Assembly (NCBI RefSeq): GCF_011386835.1
Contig: NC_088811.1
Location: 2,356,001 to 2,420,000, forward strand
Reading direction: 5' to 3'
Length of the DNA stretch: 64,000 nt
DNA from: Chrysemys picta bellii
Lineage: Eukaryota
This document shows, piece by piece, positions 50,141 to 62,602 of this stretch. The notes under the pieces are model-generated. The model was not told the DNA's origin. It did not search any database and saw only the letters and a list, made by a program, of their open reading frames with translations. The position numbers were made by a program, and so were the translations under genes. Positions within the stretch are counted from its first letter, which is position 1, and each line of letters starts with the position of its first letter.

Positions 50141-51344
50141 TAATAAATGACGAACGTCTCAGGCAAAGGACATAATTTAAGACATTTTCATATAATTTAT
50201 TAGTCTCCATTCTCCTTCAAAAGCTCATCTAGACTCCAGCTGGCACCCACTAAACAATTTGTTTCAGATCCTCAGATGGCATAAATCAGCATTGGCTTCA
50301 ATGGAGCGGTGAGGACTTTATACCAGTGAGAAGTTGGTCCTGTGTCAGGCTGTAACATCCCCCATCTCCAAGGAGAGTTGTGGTAATATCATTTAAACAA
50401 TCCCTGCACTTCCTGTAATGGATTCATGGGGAGATGGGGGGCAGAAAACAAAAAGAAACAAGGCAGCGATGATGATGATGAGAGAGATGCACCTGAAAAG
50501 AAACCAAAGCGATAAAAAAGGCAGGCAGGCCATAAGTCAGAGCAGACAACCCCAAGGGGAAATAAAGTTCCTGGAGCTGAAGTCTCACTCATGGATTTAA
50601 ATTCTTTGAAAGAATTTTCTGAATTTTCACTGGGGGAACATAACAGTCCTCAAATGTTATCCCAAGCAGTGACGGAACATCAAGCCCAAGGTTGCTGGTG
50701 AGATAGGCTTTTAAACAAACTTCCAACAGGTACTATGTGGATGAGAAGAAGAAGATAATAAATTAGTCCATATGAAAAAGTAGGAGCCCCCAAGAGAAAA
50801 TAACAGACTCTTTTCTAGCTCACTCTTCTTCTACACATTCAGAAGAAATAGTGTCTGGATTTCAGATTCCTTTTTCTGATTATTGATAAATGCTTCTTCC
50901 TTGGTCAGAATTTTGATGGGGATTAATATTTGATTTTCACTCTGCTTTCCTTGTTCTGTTTCTGATCTCTCTCCAGCATTCATTTTTTAATAGAGCCTGT
51001 GAATTTGTCTTTTAATATTTATCTGGAAGATATTATTGCAGTGTGACCCACTTATTTGCTTTTTGAAAATATATTTGGCTGAAATTTGAGGCATGAATGG
51101 GGTGGTTGATGCCTGGAGGTGTGGTTTGTTAAATGTCACATATATCTAACATTTAAAAATTTACATTAACAATTCAATTAAGTGAAAGGTCCTGGACTGA
51201 CAGCCTTGGGGGCTGAAGCCTTCTGTTTATCTCTTGAAGAGCTATAGAATGGGAAACAGAAATACCAGCTCTCCTGAACAATACACTGCCAAAATGCATC
51301 ACCCCTTTCCTGAATGAATGATATAGCTCATTAGATGCTACTGT

Positions 51345-51480
51345 TACGTGACCAGAAATAGTAATAGAGACCCCACCTGAGATCAGGGCCCCATTGTGGT
51401 AGGCGCAGCACGTCCACAGGGGAAGAAACAGTCCCTGCCCCAAAAAGCTCCCAATCTAAATAGCCCAGACAGAGAAAGGG
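51345..51480 (-). mobile_element. L2/MIR-type 3' tail fragment
   Basis: GATCAGGGCCCCATTGTGGTAGGCGC...ACAGTCCCTGCCCCAAAAAGCTCCCAATCTAAATAG. Confidence 0.55.
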
Positions 51481-53194
51481 TGGGAGGGGCCAGAGGAAAT
51501 AAAACACCCAAAGTGAGCAGAATGCCTTCATGCCCTCCCTCCACTCAGAACCAGTGATTGTCTTGTTGTTTTTTCCTTTCTTGTTCTAAAACTATGAATA
51601 CACATTCAGTCTTCACTGTCATTGTTAGCTTCTTCACCCTGTCATTGCTGACTCAGGGAGAAGATATCCAGACTCACAACACAATGGTTCATTTAATTTT
51701 CTTGTCAGTCTATTTTTTCTCCCTCAGTGATCTCCTCGTTGCAGCAGGCCATTTATCTTTTCAAAACCCAGAGAGCATCGTCACTCCTTGCACTTAAGAG
51801 CCCCACTTACAAGACCAGCCTGGTGCGCTAATGGCTGAGGAGTGAAGATCCGAGTGTAGGCACTGGACTGCCGGACCAGAGACACAGGACATGTCATGGA
51901 GCAGCTTTAGACCCTGGGGGACACCAGGCCTCTTCGATTGTCGAGGTTTATGCTGTCTGACGTAGAAAGGTTTGTTCTGAGCTAGTTTACGTCAGTAGAT
52001 AAAGACCAGCCTGTGGAGACATCAGCGTTCTCACTCCACGTTGCAAGTATAATGATGCCCCCGTGCCCAGGTCATCTTCAGGGACGATACCCAAGATCTT
52101 GGGATCTCAAAGCATAAACCGCTACTGCTTGAGACAGTCCCAGACTGATACATCTCTTTACATGATCCAGCCACTACAGACAGTTCTTCAGATTGCACTG
52201 AGCTCAGGCAAATGAGTACTTTGACTTCAAGGAACTCAGTAGGATATGCTGATAAAAGCCACATCCAGCTACTAGGTGTCAGGACGACATTGCTGCTAAG
52301 CTTACACCATTTCCTCCGAGCAGTGCTTACATTCTGGATTTTAAAGTTTGAGACGGGGCAAACTGCTTGGAAGAAAAGTTGTTGTTGTTTAAGGCCCTTT
52401 TTTGTCTCCTTCTGCCTTGTGTTTGGGCTGCACAGTTTCAGGGAGAACATCTGAGATGAGATAAACACTTAGCGAGCAAAGGGTTCACAGGATGTAAAAT
52501 CACAGATTGTTCTTTACAATGACTTATTAGGGCCTGGACTCCACAGAGAACAAACTCCCACTTTTTCCTCATAGAAGATGCATCTAAATATTTAATGAAA
52601 AGCTAACTAAACCTTAATTTTAGGGTTATTTATCTTTTTCTATAAATATTTGGTGTATGCGGCACATGCAGAGCCTGGATATTAAATTATACAAGAGTGT
52701 GAAAGGGACACTGGTACATTTCTCATCTGCTATATATTCACCATGCAGAAGAACAAAATAGATTGTTGTTTTTATTAAACTAAGGTTGGATCCAAACCAC
52801 AGCCGTGGATCTGGACATCACTAGAACTGGGAGAAAATTAAGCCCTGTATCTGCTCAGACCCATTGTTATTTATATTGTAATTATCTTTTCATTTATTTA
52901 TTTATTTTTTACAAAAATAAGGGGAGAACAGAAAAAGAGTCAACAGAACAAAAAAGGAAAGGAAAGGGAGGATGGTGGGTAGGGAGGGAAAAGGAAAGTG
53001 TCCATCTGCTAAGAATTAATCCAAGGTGTTGAGAAAGTTACACCAAATCTTTTCAAATGTGTCTGAGGTCCTTCTTCAAATATTACCCACTTTGTAGCTA
53101 CCAGATCAGCCCGGTTACAATGCCAGGCTTCTACAGAGACAGTTGGTGCTTCTGTCTAAGCACTATACGTTGTTTGCCCACAAGCCCAGGTCTA

Positions 53195-53290
53195 GGGAAC
53201 CCCCAGCAGGCCAGTGGCCAAGTTGGGAACAGAATCCCAGGCCTCCCAAGCTCCAGTCCAGTGCTCTATCCACTAGGTGATACAGCTGTG
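53195..53290 (-). mobile_element. MIR-like SINE 5' half
   Basis: CAGCAGGCCAGTGGCCAAGTTGGGAACAGAATCCCAGGCCTCCCAAGCTCCAGTCCAGTGCTCTATCCACTAGG is the reverse complement of a tRNA-like head. Confidence 0.55.
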
Positions 53291-54614
53291 TGTGTGCGTT
53301 TGTGTGCTGTACTGCATACGGTAGCATTTATACTTGTAAGGGGAGGTGCTTCCTTTTCAGCTAATACAGAAAGCCTAAAAATGCTATGCTTGTTGCAGTT
53401 ATTCAGAATTGCTGTTATTGTTATTCATCTGCAAAGTTACCACTGCTGCAGCATTATGGAAAACCCATCCCATGAGTAAGGCTGTCTGGCATACGTTCCT
53501 TCCCCTCCCGCCCCCACCCCACTCTGCCAGGATTGCTTCTCTTTGTCTCCATGGCATTTCATATTTCAGCACGTCACTTTCCCTCTCTTTTCTTAGACGA
53601 GTCCAAAGCCAGAGTTGCTTCTGATCCTCCCACTGCTGCTCGCTTGTTCTGAAAGCAGGTGCCAGTTGAGCGTTGCACCAGAGACCTTTAAGGACTGATT
53701 TATTTATTTGGTGAATTCATTCCAGCGCTATTTGTCTTCCCTTGTTCATTCTGGGATGCATTATTTAGTGCAGTAGGAGCTGAGTTCGTGACAGTTTTCC
53801 TCAGAAAAGTGAGTTTCATTCCCTGACAGCTCCAGCCAAATACTATTTGTCCTTCTTTATTGGATTTAAGTTTTATACTTTCCATATGCCTATCCTTCTT
53901 CCTGCACCATCGTTTGAACTCAGCTCTCACTGAATATGCAGTTGGCTCAAGCACCTCTCATGCTTCAGAGGGGTGACTTGGTACTGGATAGAAAAGTGCT
54001 GGTTTGCTGAGTAATTCTTTGAAATTTCCATAAGCCCAGCCTATGAACAGTGCTGAAACGTCCAGTTAGCTTACAGGTTTGCCTCAGATCCACTTGCTGC
54101 CATGCTTTCCCTTTCTTGGTGAGTGGTTTGCTGCAGTACTAATTAAAAGCAAACCTGGAAGAGGAGCTTTGGAAACATTTGCTCCCTTTCCTTGCAGTTT
54201 ATTGAGGATGAGGCCGAATGGGATTTGGGAGGCGTTGCTATATAATACCAAGAGATGCATTTTCCTCCTTCCAGTAAAGATAATAAGCTAAGCGCCAAAA
54301 TCTGCTGGTGTGACATCCATGGTGTTACATCAGCAGAAGATTTGTCCTGTGTTTGTCCTGTATCTTCTTTGATTTCAGAGGATTCCAACATGCTTTAGAA
54401 AATGCCCGTTCTTGTGGAGTCACGGAGAGTGTCACCAATCATATGCCAAGCCCTCTCCAACCCATGCCAGTGTTGCCTCGAGACCTCAGGTAGAGGCATT
54501 GTAGGGTCACTGCAGTGGGATGCTCAGACCACTTGACTCACTGAGCCTAGCTCCTCACCTAGATTTCCCTGCCCTGTATGCTGCCACCTGCTCTTCCTTG
54601 GGTCTGCCCTCCCC

Positions 54615-55820
54615 TATTATCATTTATATTATCATAGAGCCTAGGAGCCCCTGTCATAGGCCATTGTGCTAGGCACTGTACAAACACAGAATGAAAAGAG
54701 ACTCTGCTTTAAAGAGCTTGCAATCTCTGTAGAAGAGAAGGCACAACAGGTGGCTACAGACAGGGGACTACAAGAAAACCATAGGTCAGTATTGGCCAGT
54801 ATGATAGGCAGTGGTCTGAGTACACCAGCAGCCTAACCTTTTTTGTAGGCATCATGCTAAAGAAGGGATTTAAGAAGGGATTTCCAGGTGGATAATGAGG
54901 CAGCTTTGTGGATGTTTATGAGGAGCTCCTCCCAAGCATGGAAGGAAGTATGAAGATGCTTATTTGAAAATTGAACAAGTAGGTGATGGAAGCTGGCATC
55001 ATGGACTGATCAGAGGTGGGGGGCACATTTCAGACTGAATGATATGAGAGATGATACTGAATGATATGAGAGATATGAGTAGGGGGGAGGGATAGCTCAG
55101 TGGTTTGAGCATTGGCCTGCTAAACCCAGGGTTGTGAGTTCAATCCTTGAGGGGGCCACCTAGGGATCTGGGGCAAAATCAGTACTTGGTCCTGCTAGTG
55201 AAGGCAGGGGGCTGGACTCGATGACCTTTCAAGGTCCCTTCCAGTTCTAGGAGATAGGATATCTCCATGAATTTAATTTATGATGGAGGCAGGCCATGGC
55301 GGGCCTTGAGAGTGAAGAGAAGTAGTTTATGTTTGATACAATAGAGAAAGAAAAGCTGGCAGAGGGTTGCAAAGAGAGGGGTGATGTGGTGAAAACAATG
55401 GATTAGGAAAATGATTTTTGTAGCCGCATTCCCAACGGTGATGAGTGGGGCAAGACTGCATTTGTCAAGGCCAGAGAGAGGATGTTTCAGTAATTGTGAC
55501 ACAAGATGACGAGAACCTGGGAGAGAGTTTTAGCTGTGTAGTTGGGTAGGAACGGCCATACTTTTATGCAGAAAAAATCTGCATGACTTCAACATAGCCT
55601 GGCTGTGAGGACCTAGAAAGAGATGACACCCAAAGAGGATACCAGGTTATGGGCCTGAGTGACAGGAAGGATGGTGGTGTTGCCCACACTGCTTGAGAAA
55701 GAAGGTAGCGGGGACGACATGGGGAGAGAAGGTAGAACTGAAGAGCTCTGTTTTAGCCATGTTGAGCTGGAGCTCAGAGCTACACATTCCCAAAGAGAGT
55801 CAGAGAATCAGGCTGAGATT
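54615..55820 (-). mobile_element. L2 LINE, 3' 1.2 kb, interrupted by a PolIII SINE
   Basis: ORF 55278-55502 reads AATKIIFL...HITPLFATL...CIKHKLLLFTLKARHGLPPS, matching the L2 ORF2 C-terminal motif (NAAAR.IF...HITPLL..LHWLP...RI.FKLL...KALHG.AP). An L2-type tail lies at 54615-54730. Confidence 0.85.
55082..55270 (+). mobile_element. Tortoise-type PolIII SINE inserted into L2
   Basis: GGGGGGAGGGATAGCTCAGTGGTTTGAGCATTGGCCTGCTAAACCCAGGGTTGTGAGTTCAATCC, followed by a CR1-type tail GGACTCGATGACCTTTCAAGGTCCCTTCCAGTTCTAGG. Confidence 0.92.
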
Positions 55821-55984
55821 TTTAGTTTTCCTCCACTTTGCAAGTCCCGCCAGCTGGTCCAGTGACATCTGAGGATCTGACCCTCTGTTTATAAACTGTT
55901 CAGATGATACAATCTGTGATGAGGTGGGGTGGCTGCTTGTCACTAGGGACATTTCTCAAGGATGATCTCCCCTCACTGCTCCTG

Positions 55985-56557
55985 CTCATAGACTCATAGA
56001 CTCATAGACTTTAAGGTCAGAAGGGACCATTATGATCATCTGGTCTGACCCCCTGCATGCTGCAGGCCATAAAACCGTCCCTACCCCTTCCCTGGACTCT
56101 GATGTTGAAGTCCCCAATCCTGTTTTTAGTGACTGCAATCGGCAGAGACCCTCCTGCTAGAGATCCCTGCCCCATGCTGCGGAGGAAGGCGAAAAACCTC
56201 CAGAGGCTCAGCCAATCTGCCCTGGAGGAAAATTCCTTCCCGACCCCAAATGTGGCGATCAGTAAGACCCCGAGCATATAGGCAAGAGTCTCCAGCCCGA
56301 CCCCGTTAGCCATTATACTATTTACCCACCATTGCTTGGCTTTCCTTGACTACTATGTTTTACCATTAAACCATTCCCTCCATAAACTTATCTAACTTTA
56401 TCTTAAAACCAGACAGGTCCGTTGCCCCCACCGTTTCCCTCGGTAGGCCGTTCCAATATTTCACCCCTCTGACGGTCAGAAACCTTCGTCTAATTTCAAG
56501 TCTGAACTTCCCCACGGCCAGTTTGTATCCATTCGTTCTGGTATCCACGTTAGTACT
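55985..56557 (-). mobile_element. 5'-truncated CR1 LINE with (TCTATGAG)n tail
   Basis: ORF 56366-56587 gives TRTNGYKL..GKFRLEIRRRFLTVRGVKYWNGLPRE...FKIKLDKFM, the CR1 ORF2 end. The CTCATAGA repeat occurs three times at the tail. Confidence 0.93.
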
Positions 56558-59500
56558 AGTGCTGAGAAAATGCTGGTTTGTTAGCATAGGGCAGACCCGG
56601 AAAGCTCAGGCAATGCGGGCTAGGTGGGTGACAGCATTTTGTGTGAGGCACCATCCATTTATTTCTCTTGGTTCATCCACCTACTTTCCCATCTTTTTAT
56701 ATTGTGCCCATCAAGGTGATATACGAGCATTTCAGAAACATGTCAAAGGCCAGGGAATGCACCTGCTTTGATTTACAGCAGCTGAGAATCTATCCTTAAA
56801 TCTCTAGCATGTGACCAAACTCTAACTACATTGCGGTATTCTTCGTTACACGGGCCTATTGTCAATAATTGATAATTATTACAGTTACTTTGGACAAGTG
56901 CTTATTTATGTAGCTCACAGCAAGCAAATCTCATACAAAAGTGCTTATTTTCTGTAATTGCAGATAAGCACTCTTATAACATCGCTACAGCAGTGTGTGC
57001 GGTGGCTCAATCTGGATTTTATGGGCTTTTCTTTTGTGGTTTGAAATGTCTTAACACTTCTGGTGAATTGCCTTTCTCACATTTAAGACAATGCCATCTC
57101 AGGGTTTCTGTAATGACCATGTCCTGTTGCTAAACTTTCTTTGCCAAAGAAAGACTGTAGAATAAAATTGAACATAAAAGTGGTCCTCGTTCTTTATTAC
57201 TGTGTTAGACTCCCCTTGAGATGGAGTCTAAAATTTATATCTCTTGCTGTGGGATAACCAGTTTCTAGGATTATTTGCTATGAGCAGGCTCTCTCTTTAG
57301 ATTGCATGTCTGGGCTTAAGGCAACTGCACAAAACTGGATTCCACACACATTTTTTCCTGCGTCTCCCCCTCTTGTTGTCAGAGTTACACACACACTCTT
57401 TAGGCCAGGCCCAAAGCCCACTGAAGTCTTCTGAAAGAGTCCCATTGAGTTTAACGGGCTGTGGGTTTCACTTTTCAGATGCTGTATAATGCTCTCTGCT
57501 CTGTTATTCTCCTTACTTCTATTTATTTCCTATTTAGAAGAATGGATATTTTCTGGATATCTAATTCTTGCTGTCTGCTTTCAAATGTTATTGCAAAGTC
57601 ACACCAGCATTTAATTTACTATACAGTTAGGGACATCTCTTCTTTTTCATACATTGGAGAAATGCTGGAAAACACAGGACACTCTTTCTATTGAAATACA
57701 CTCTTGCTCTGCAACCATCTATTTACCAGTTGCCTAGAACAGTCTGGGGGTGGGATTCCTCCGGATTTAACCTTGTCTGTTCTGTGCATCTCTGTCGACA
57801 CTAGTGATGGTGAAACCTCTGAATAATTGGACAGTCAGATCAGTTTGGTTGGATAAACTCTCAGATGTTTGGATGCTCATCCAAACTGTCTTGACCTCTG
57901 AATCAACAACATTTGACTGGAAATCTCATGAAAACAGGTATTCTTGCAAGATTTTCAGTGGTCAGAAATATTCCACTACTGCTTCTGGATGGGCCCAAGT
58001 AACTCAGATGGGGGTGAAAATGAAAGCAAGATGTTTTAACCCATCTTTTACCCAAACCTTAAAGATTTGGTTCATGTTCAGTTTGAGGTCTGGTCAGTAT
58101 TTATTTTATATAAACCAGAAACCCTCCTGGGAAAATTCAGATCCAGATCTGGATCCAAACACTGTAGGCTTGGGTATCTTTAGAATAAACCAGTAATAGA
58201 GCAACAAATAATATTTTTTAAGATTCATACCAAAGCATGTTACAGTCTCTGCTCTGTTTGGGATTTAAGTACAAACCACTATCTAGCAGAATACATTAAC
58301 GATTTGCTTTATTAACTAGTCACCTATCTAAATATGCATGCACTGGCTGGGATTCCAGGATACCTGTTACGTTTCATCTACACAACTGATTCAAAGCATT
58401 TACCTGGTGCTCATAGCTAATAGAGGGAAAGTGAGATCTCAAGGGACTCCTGTACCACTAATTAAAATTATGCTTCATTTGAAGTGCTGCTAATTTTTGC
58501 AAGTCTTTTACTGAGCTAAAGGAGATAGATGTCAGTTCACAGAAACATATTTCCTCAAGGCTTTGGAATTCAGTATTTTGATTCTTTATTTTATGACGAT
58601 TTGGATCCCTGACAAGAGCTATCATAACCCCGTAGAAGCAGCTGCTCTACAGTGCAGGACGTATGTCTGAACACCTCTGCGGCACTTCAGGCAGCGATGC
58701 TGGTGCTTGGGGCTATGATGCCTGTCTCTTTGGCTATGGAGAGTTTCCCTGGCACAGCACATCCTAAACTTAGGACCCACTTAATGAACATTAAGCAATT
58801 GTATCTATAATAAATCTGAATTAATACTCCTTATTTGGGAAACAGCCTCATTAGCATCATCTCCACAGCAACCAATTGTTGGAGGATCCTGGCTGCAAAT
58901 GGGAATAAACAAATAGAGCAGGAACAATACTAGGAAACAAAGATACTGTGCTAGATTCCCAGCTGCTGCGTGTGGGTGTAGCTCCTTCAACTTCCATGGC
59001 CCAGGACCTCAAAGATGTCTACAGCCATTTGCACCTGTGGTGGTATCCGCCCCTGGTGTATTTATGCAAATGTTCCCAAACACAATGATGTGCTGAACAA
59101 GGAAGAGGAGAGAAAATATGGAAAATACGTTGTGAAATTGGTAAGCGTCTCCCAAGGGAAATGAGGGGAGCTGTATTGCTGAAGTTATGTTAAAAGAAAG
59201 TGTAGAAAGTCCTAAGGAAAATAGTGTAGGGGCCAGTCTTGCATGTAACAGGGCTGGAAATGGAAGGGATTATTTAATTTAAGAGGAATTATCTGAGCCA
59301 GTTCTGCTGAAATCATCAATGTGATGCTGATTAAACAAGCTGAAGAGCTGGTCCTAGTTCAGCTCCAGCTTCGGTGGAACTAGCAGAAGAAGAATTGCTG
59401 CTAAACAGAATAATTCTCAGTGTTTCCCCCTTGAGATGTCTGTGGCTACGTTCATAACTGGGATCATTTCTGAGTTACTTTCCTGTTGAATTGATGCTTC

Positions 59501-59789
59501 AGGCTGGATGATTATTTCCAGTTTGTCATGAAATGATCACGCCTGCTCTTCCACCATTTATCAGCTCATAAAGCTCCATTAGGAAGAGACGAGGCCCCTA
59601 ATTAATTAACTCTGGACAAGAAGAATATTGACAAACAGTAAGGGACCATCAGCTGGGCTGCCAGGAGTTTGTGCTCTCAGGATATGCTGATGCAATCCCT
59701 GCACAGCTGGGAACACTTTAGTGTCTGGTTTGTTCGTTCGTAGTACAGACAGGTGCGGGTTGGTCCAAATGAGCATCTAAAGATGAAAA

Positions 59790-60050
59790 TGTAGAACTTA
59801 GAGAAGGAAACGACCTACTAGCTCATTTAATCCCTTCCATGTCTCTCCTGTCATTGCAGAATTCGTCCCTATTCTATGAAATATGTATGTTCTCCAAGGC
59901 TTTGTCCAGCCTTATTTAAAGTGAGCCAGTGATGGGATCACTTCCATTGATAGAGTCAAACAGACCTCACTACATCAGGAAATCCATCCTGACATTCAGC
60001 CTAAATATTTATGTGATCATTTTCACAGCATAACTTCTAATTACACCCCT
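59790..60050 (-). mobile_element. Old, degenerate CR1 3' fragment
   Basis: GGCTTTGTCCAGCCTTATTTAAA...GATGGG...CTCACT..ATCAGGAAA...CCTGACATTCAGCCTAAAT resembles the reverse complement of FRL.IRK...WN.LP. Confidence 0.55.
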
Positions 60051-60788
60051 TACACTACCCTAAACAATTCTACACACCCCTCGCTCTACTTTGAAGTTTA
60101 TCTGACTTTACCCAAAGGTTTGCAGCTTGGACATTTCTGAAGAACAGGCTCCCTATTCCCAGCTTTCTGCAGTTCCTGGTTTAGCCTGGGTGAGCTGTGC
60201 GATGGCTGTGATAGACAACCTCCCCTAAATTCTCAATTACTGAGGGACAATCTTCACTCATTGATATATTTGCTTTCCACAACTAACTCTCTGTATAACT
60301 TTTCATGAGTGATGTACCCAAACACTTGGATGCTAATATCTAAACTGTATTCTTAAATTTATTCACCTAAATTTGGGTTATTGCTGATTATGCACTAGAC
60401 GCATCTTATGACTTTTAAAACAAACGTTGCATTTGTGGATAATCTAAGCACTTTACCCAGATGTACAGACACTCTTTTCTCAACCTATGTATTATATAAT
60501 TTTTTAACATTAGCATTAATTCAAATTTTAAATCTTTTCTCATGTGATATTTTGGCCTGTTGGCTCCCGGTTGTGGCTGGACCCAGGAAGTGCAGAAGCA
60601 GTCACAAACACGGCAACAAATAAACAAACTCACCAAAATGCTAAAAGGCCCAAATGTGAGTGCTGGGCAGAGCTTCGTGTGGGTTTTGGATTTAGTCTTG
60701 CCCGGCTCACCCATGGCCACCCCACAGAAGGACAGGAGTATGTGTGTGCGCACGCAGAGGGATGCCATCCCCTCTTCCTTTCTGTCAC

Positions 60789-60911
60789 TAGGTGACCAAA
60801 TGTCCTGATTTTATAGGGACAGTCCCGATATTTGGGGTTTTTTCTTATATAGGCTCCTATTACCCCCCAACCCCTGTCCCAATTTTTCACACTTGCTGTC
60901 TGGTCGCCCTA
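60789..60911. mobile_element. 123-bp hAT MITE, same family as 32586-32708
   Basis: TAGGTGACCAAATGTCC...CTGGTCGCCCTA. Flanks TCTGTCAC and CTTGTCAC match at 6 of 8 positions. Confidence 0.85.
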
Positions 60912-61723
60912 CTTGTCACTGTTTCCCTGCTTCTTTTTACCTGTTTTCTAAATGTGTGTGTGTCTCTGCTCCACTTCCCCAACCGTCAGCTCATGCCTTC
61001 GGTCTTTCTTTCTTCCTCCCAGTCCCATGGAGCATTGACTTGGCTTAGGCTGGTCGGTGTCTCACCTCCCCATCATTACACTGATTCCCCTGCCTTAGGC
61101 TCCGTTTCCCTTAGAAATCACAGCCGTCAGCCCCGAGCCCTTTCATCCTGTGCTGCTCTCCAAGCCTTAAGGGGAGTAGTTATATTTTTCTTAAATCTAA
61201 GTGTTTGCCCCAGAGGCTTTTCCCTCTCCCAACATCCCTGGACTGGTAAGCCTGTTTGATACACTCAGAGCAGCCCAGCGTCACTCAGGGAACCTCCGGC
61301 TTGGCTGGGTTTTAAGGAGCTGTTTTGTTTTAGCAGTTGTAAAACGGTTACAGCTGACCCAGAAAAACAGCTTGTGCGGCTACGGGTCTGCGTCAAAGCA
61401 CCATGGGGCTTTCCGGGACTGGCCTGCGGACGGGGCACCTGAGCACCATGCTGGGCTGAGGAGATGTGCAAACCCTCCACGCTTGGGAGGCCTCCTTGAA
61501 CTTTCTTCCTCAATCCCTTTCCATAGCTCAGGAGTTTATTCCTGGGGGTGGGTGAGTGAAGGGTATCATGCCGACAGACTAAAGTAAACAGTTCTATTGA
61601 TGGTCAGGCTGGGCCAGGCCTGTGCATGGGGGTGGGAAGGAAAGACAAAGTGTCCGCCTTGGGAGCCCGACTCCCTACGAATGCCCGTTGGGGTGCAGGC
61701 TGCTCCAACGAGGGCAGGAGAGG

Positions 61724-61860
61724 CAGGGGAGCTGGAACAATGTGTATAGTGGGGGTGCTGAGAGCCACTGAACCAAACTGCAAACCCTGTATGTGATGGA
61801 AACCACTTTAAGTCTGGGGGTGCGGCAGCCCCCCCAGCATCCCTAGGTCCAGCACCAATG
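61724..61860. mobile_element. hAT-type MITE, same family as 18158-18295
   Basis: Perfect 8-bp TSD AGGAGAGG (61716-61723 and 61861-61868). Shares the core GCTGAGAGCCACTGAACCAAACTG with 18158-18295. Confidence 0.9.
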
Positions 61861-62602
61861 AGGAGAGGGCGTGGAGGGGGACAGGGCGATGGGAGGGGGC
61901 CACAGAACTGGCAGGGTGCCCTGAGGGGAGCAGGCACCTCCTGCTAAGAGTTGGTGCAGACAGCCTGCTTCCCCTGCACCCGGCTCCTGGAGGGTTTGCA
62001 GCACTGCCCCACCCCCAGTGCGGCACAGCCTGGCCCGTAGCAAGGAGAGTGCAAAGGATAGGAAGAGTTAGTGGGGAGTTAGTGAATGCTCAGAGCCGGG
62101 GAGGCTGAATTTGGGCTGCCCTGCCCCCGTCACTGCTGAATCCCCGCTCTCACTGCAGTCTATTTCCATCATAAGAGGGAAGGCTGCTCCCTTGGCCTGA
62201 CAGGTCTGTCCCTGGCACTGCCTAAGAAAAGCCCGCGAGCCGGAGTCCCTGCGCTGGCTGTTTGATGTGTCGCAGGGACATTCTGAAGATTAGCCAGTCC
62301 TGTCAGAGCTGCTCAGAGGAGTCTCTGCAGCTCCTGCATTAGGCTCCGCAGCCTGAGAACTTACTGCACCAAAGAATGAATCATTCAATTTCTTTCTAAA
62401 AAAGAGCCCTTAAATCTTTGATCCACCGACGGCTCCTTCTGCTGAGTCCAGGTCGCCAGGCACGTGTCCACTTCAGTACCAACGTCCCCCTAGGTGCCTG
62501 TTTTTTCTCTTTTCCACGTAGGAAGCTTGAGGGCTGGAGTGGCATGTGCCAGCTGCTGTTCCCTGCTGGCTGAGTGCCGTGCAGGTGCCGCTGCATGCTG
62601 AG

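Noticed and set aside
52031-52468. 145-aa minus-strand ORF
   Set aside because: No recognisable domain or splice boundaries. An ORF of this length is plausible by chance in 64 kb.
55082-55160. tRNA gene (also 6510-6587 and 15343-15410)
   Set aside because: The tRNA-like heads run directly into CR1-derived tails and lack a full acceptor stem, so they are SINEs.
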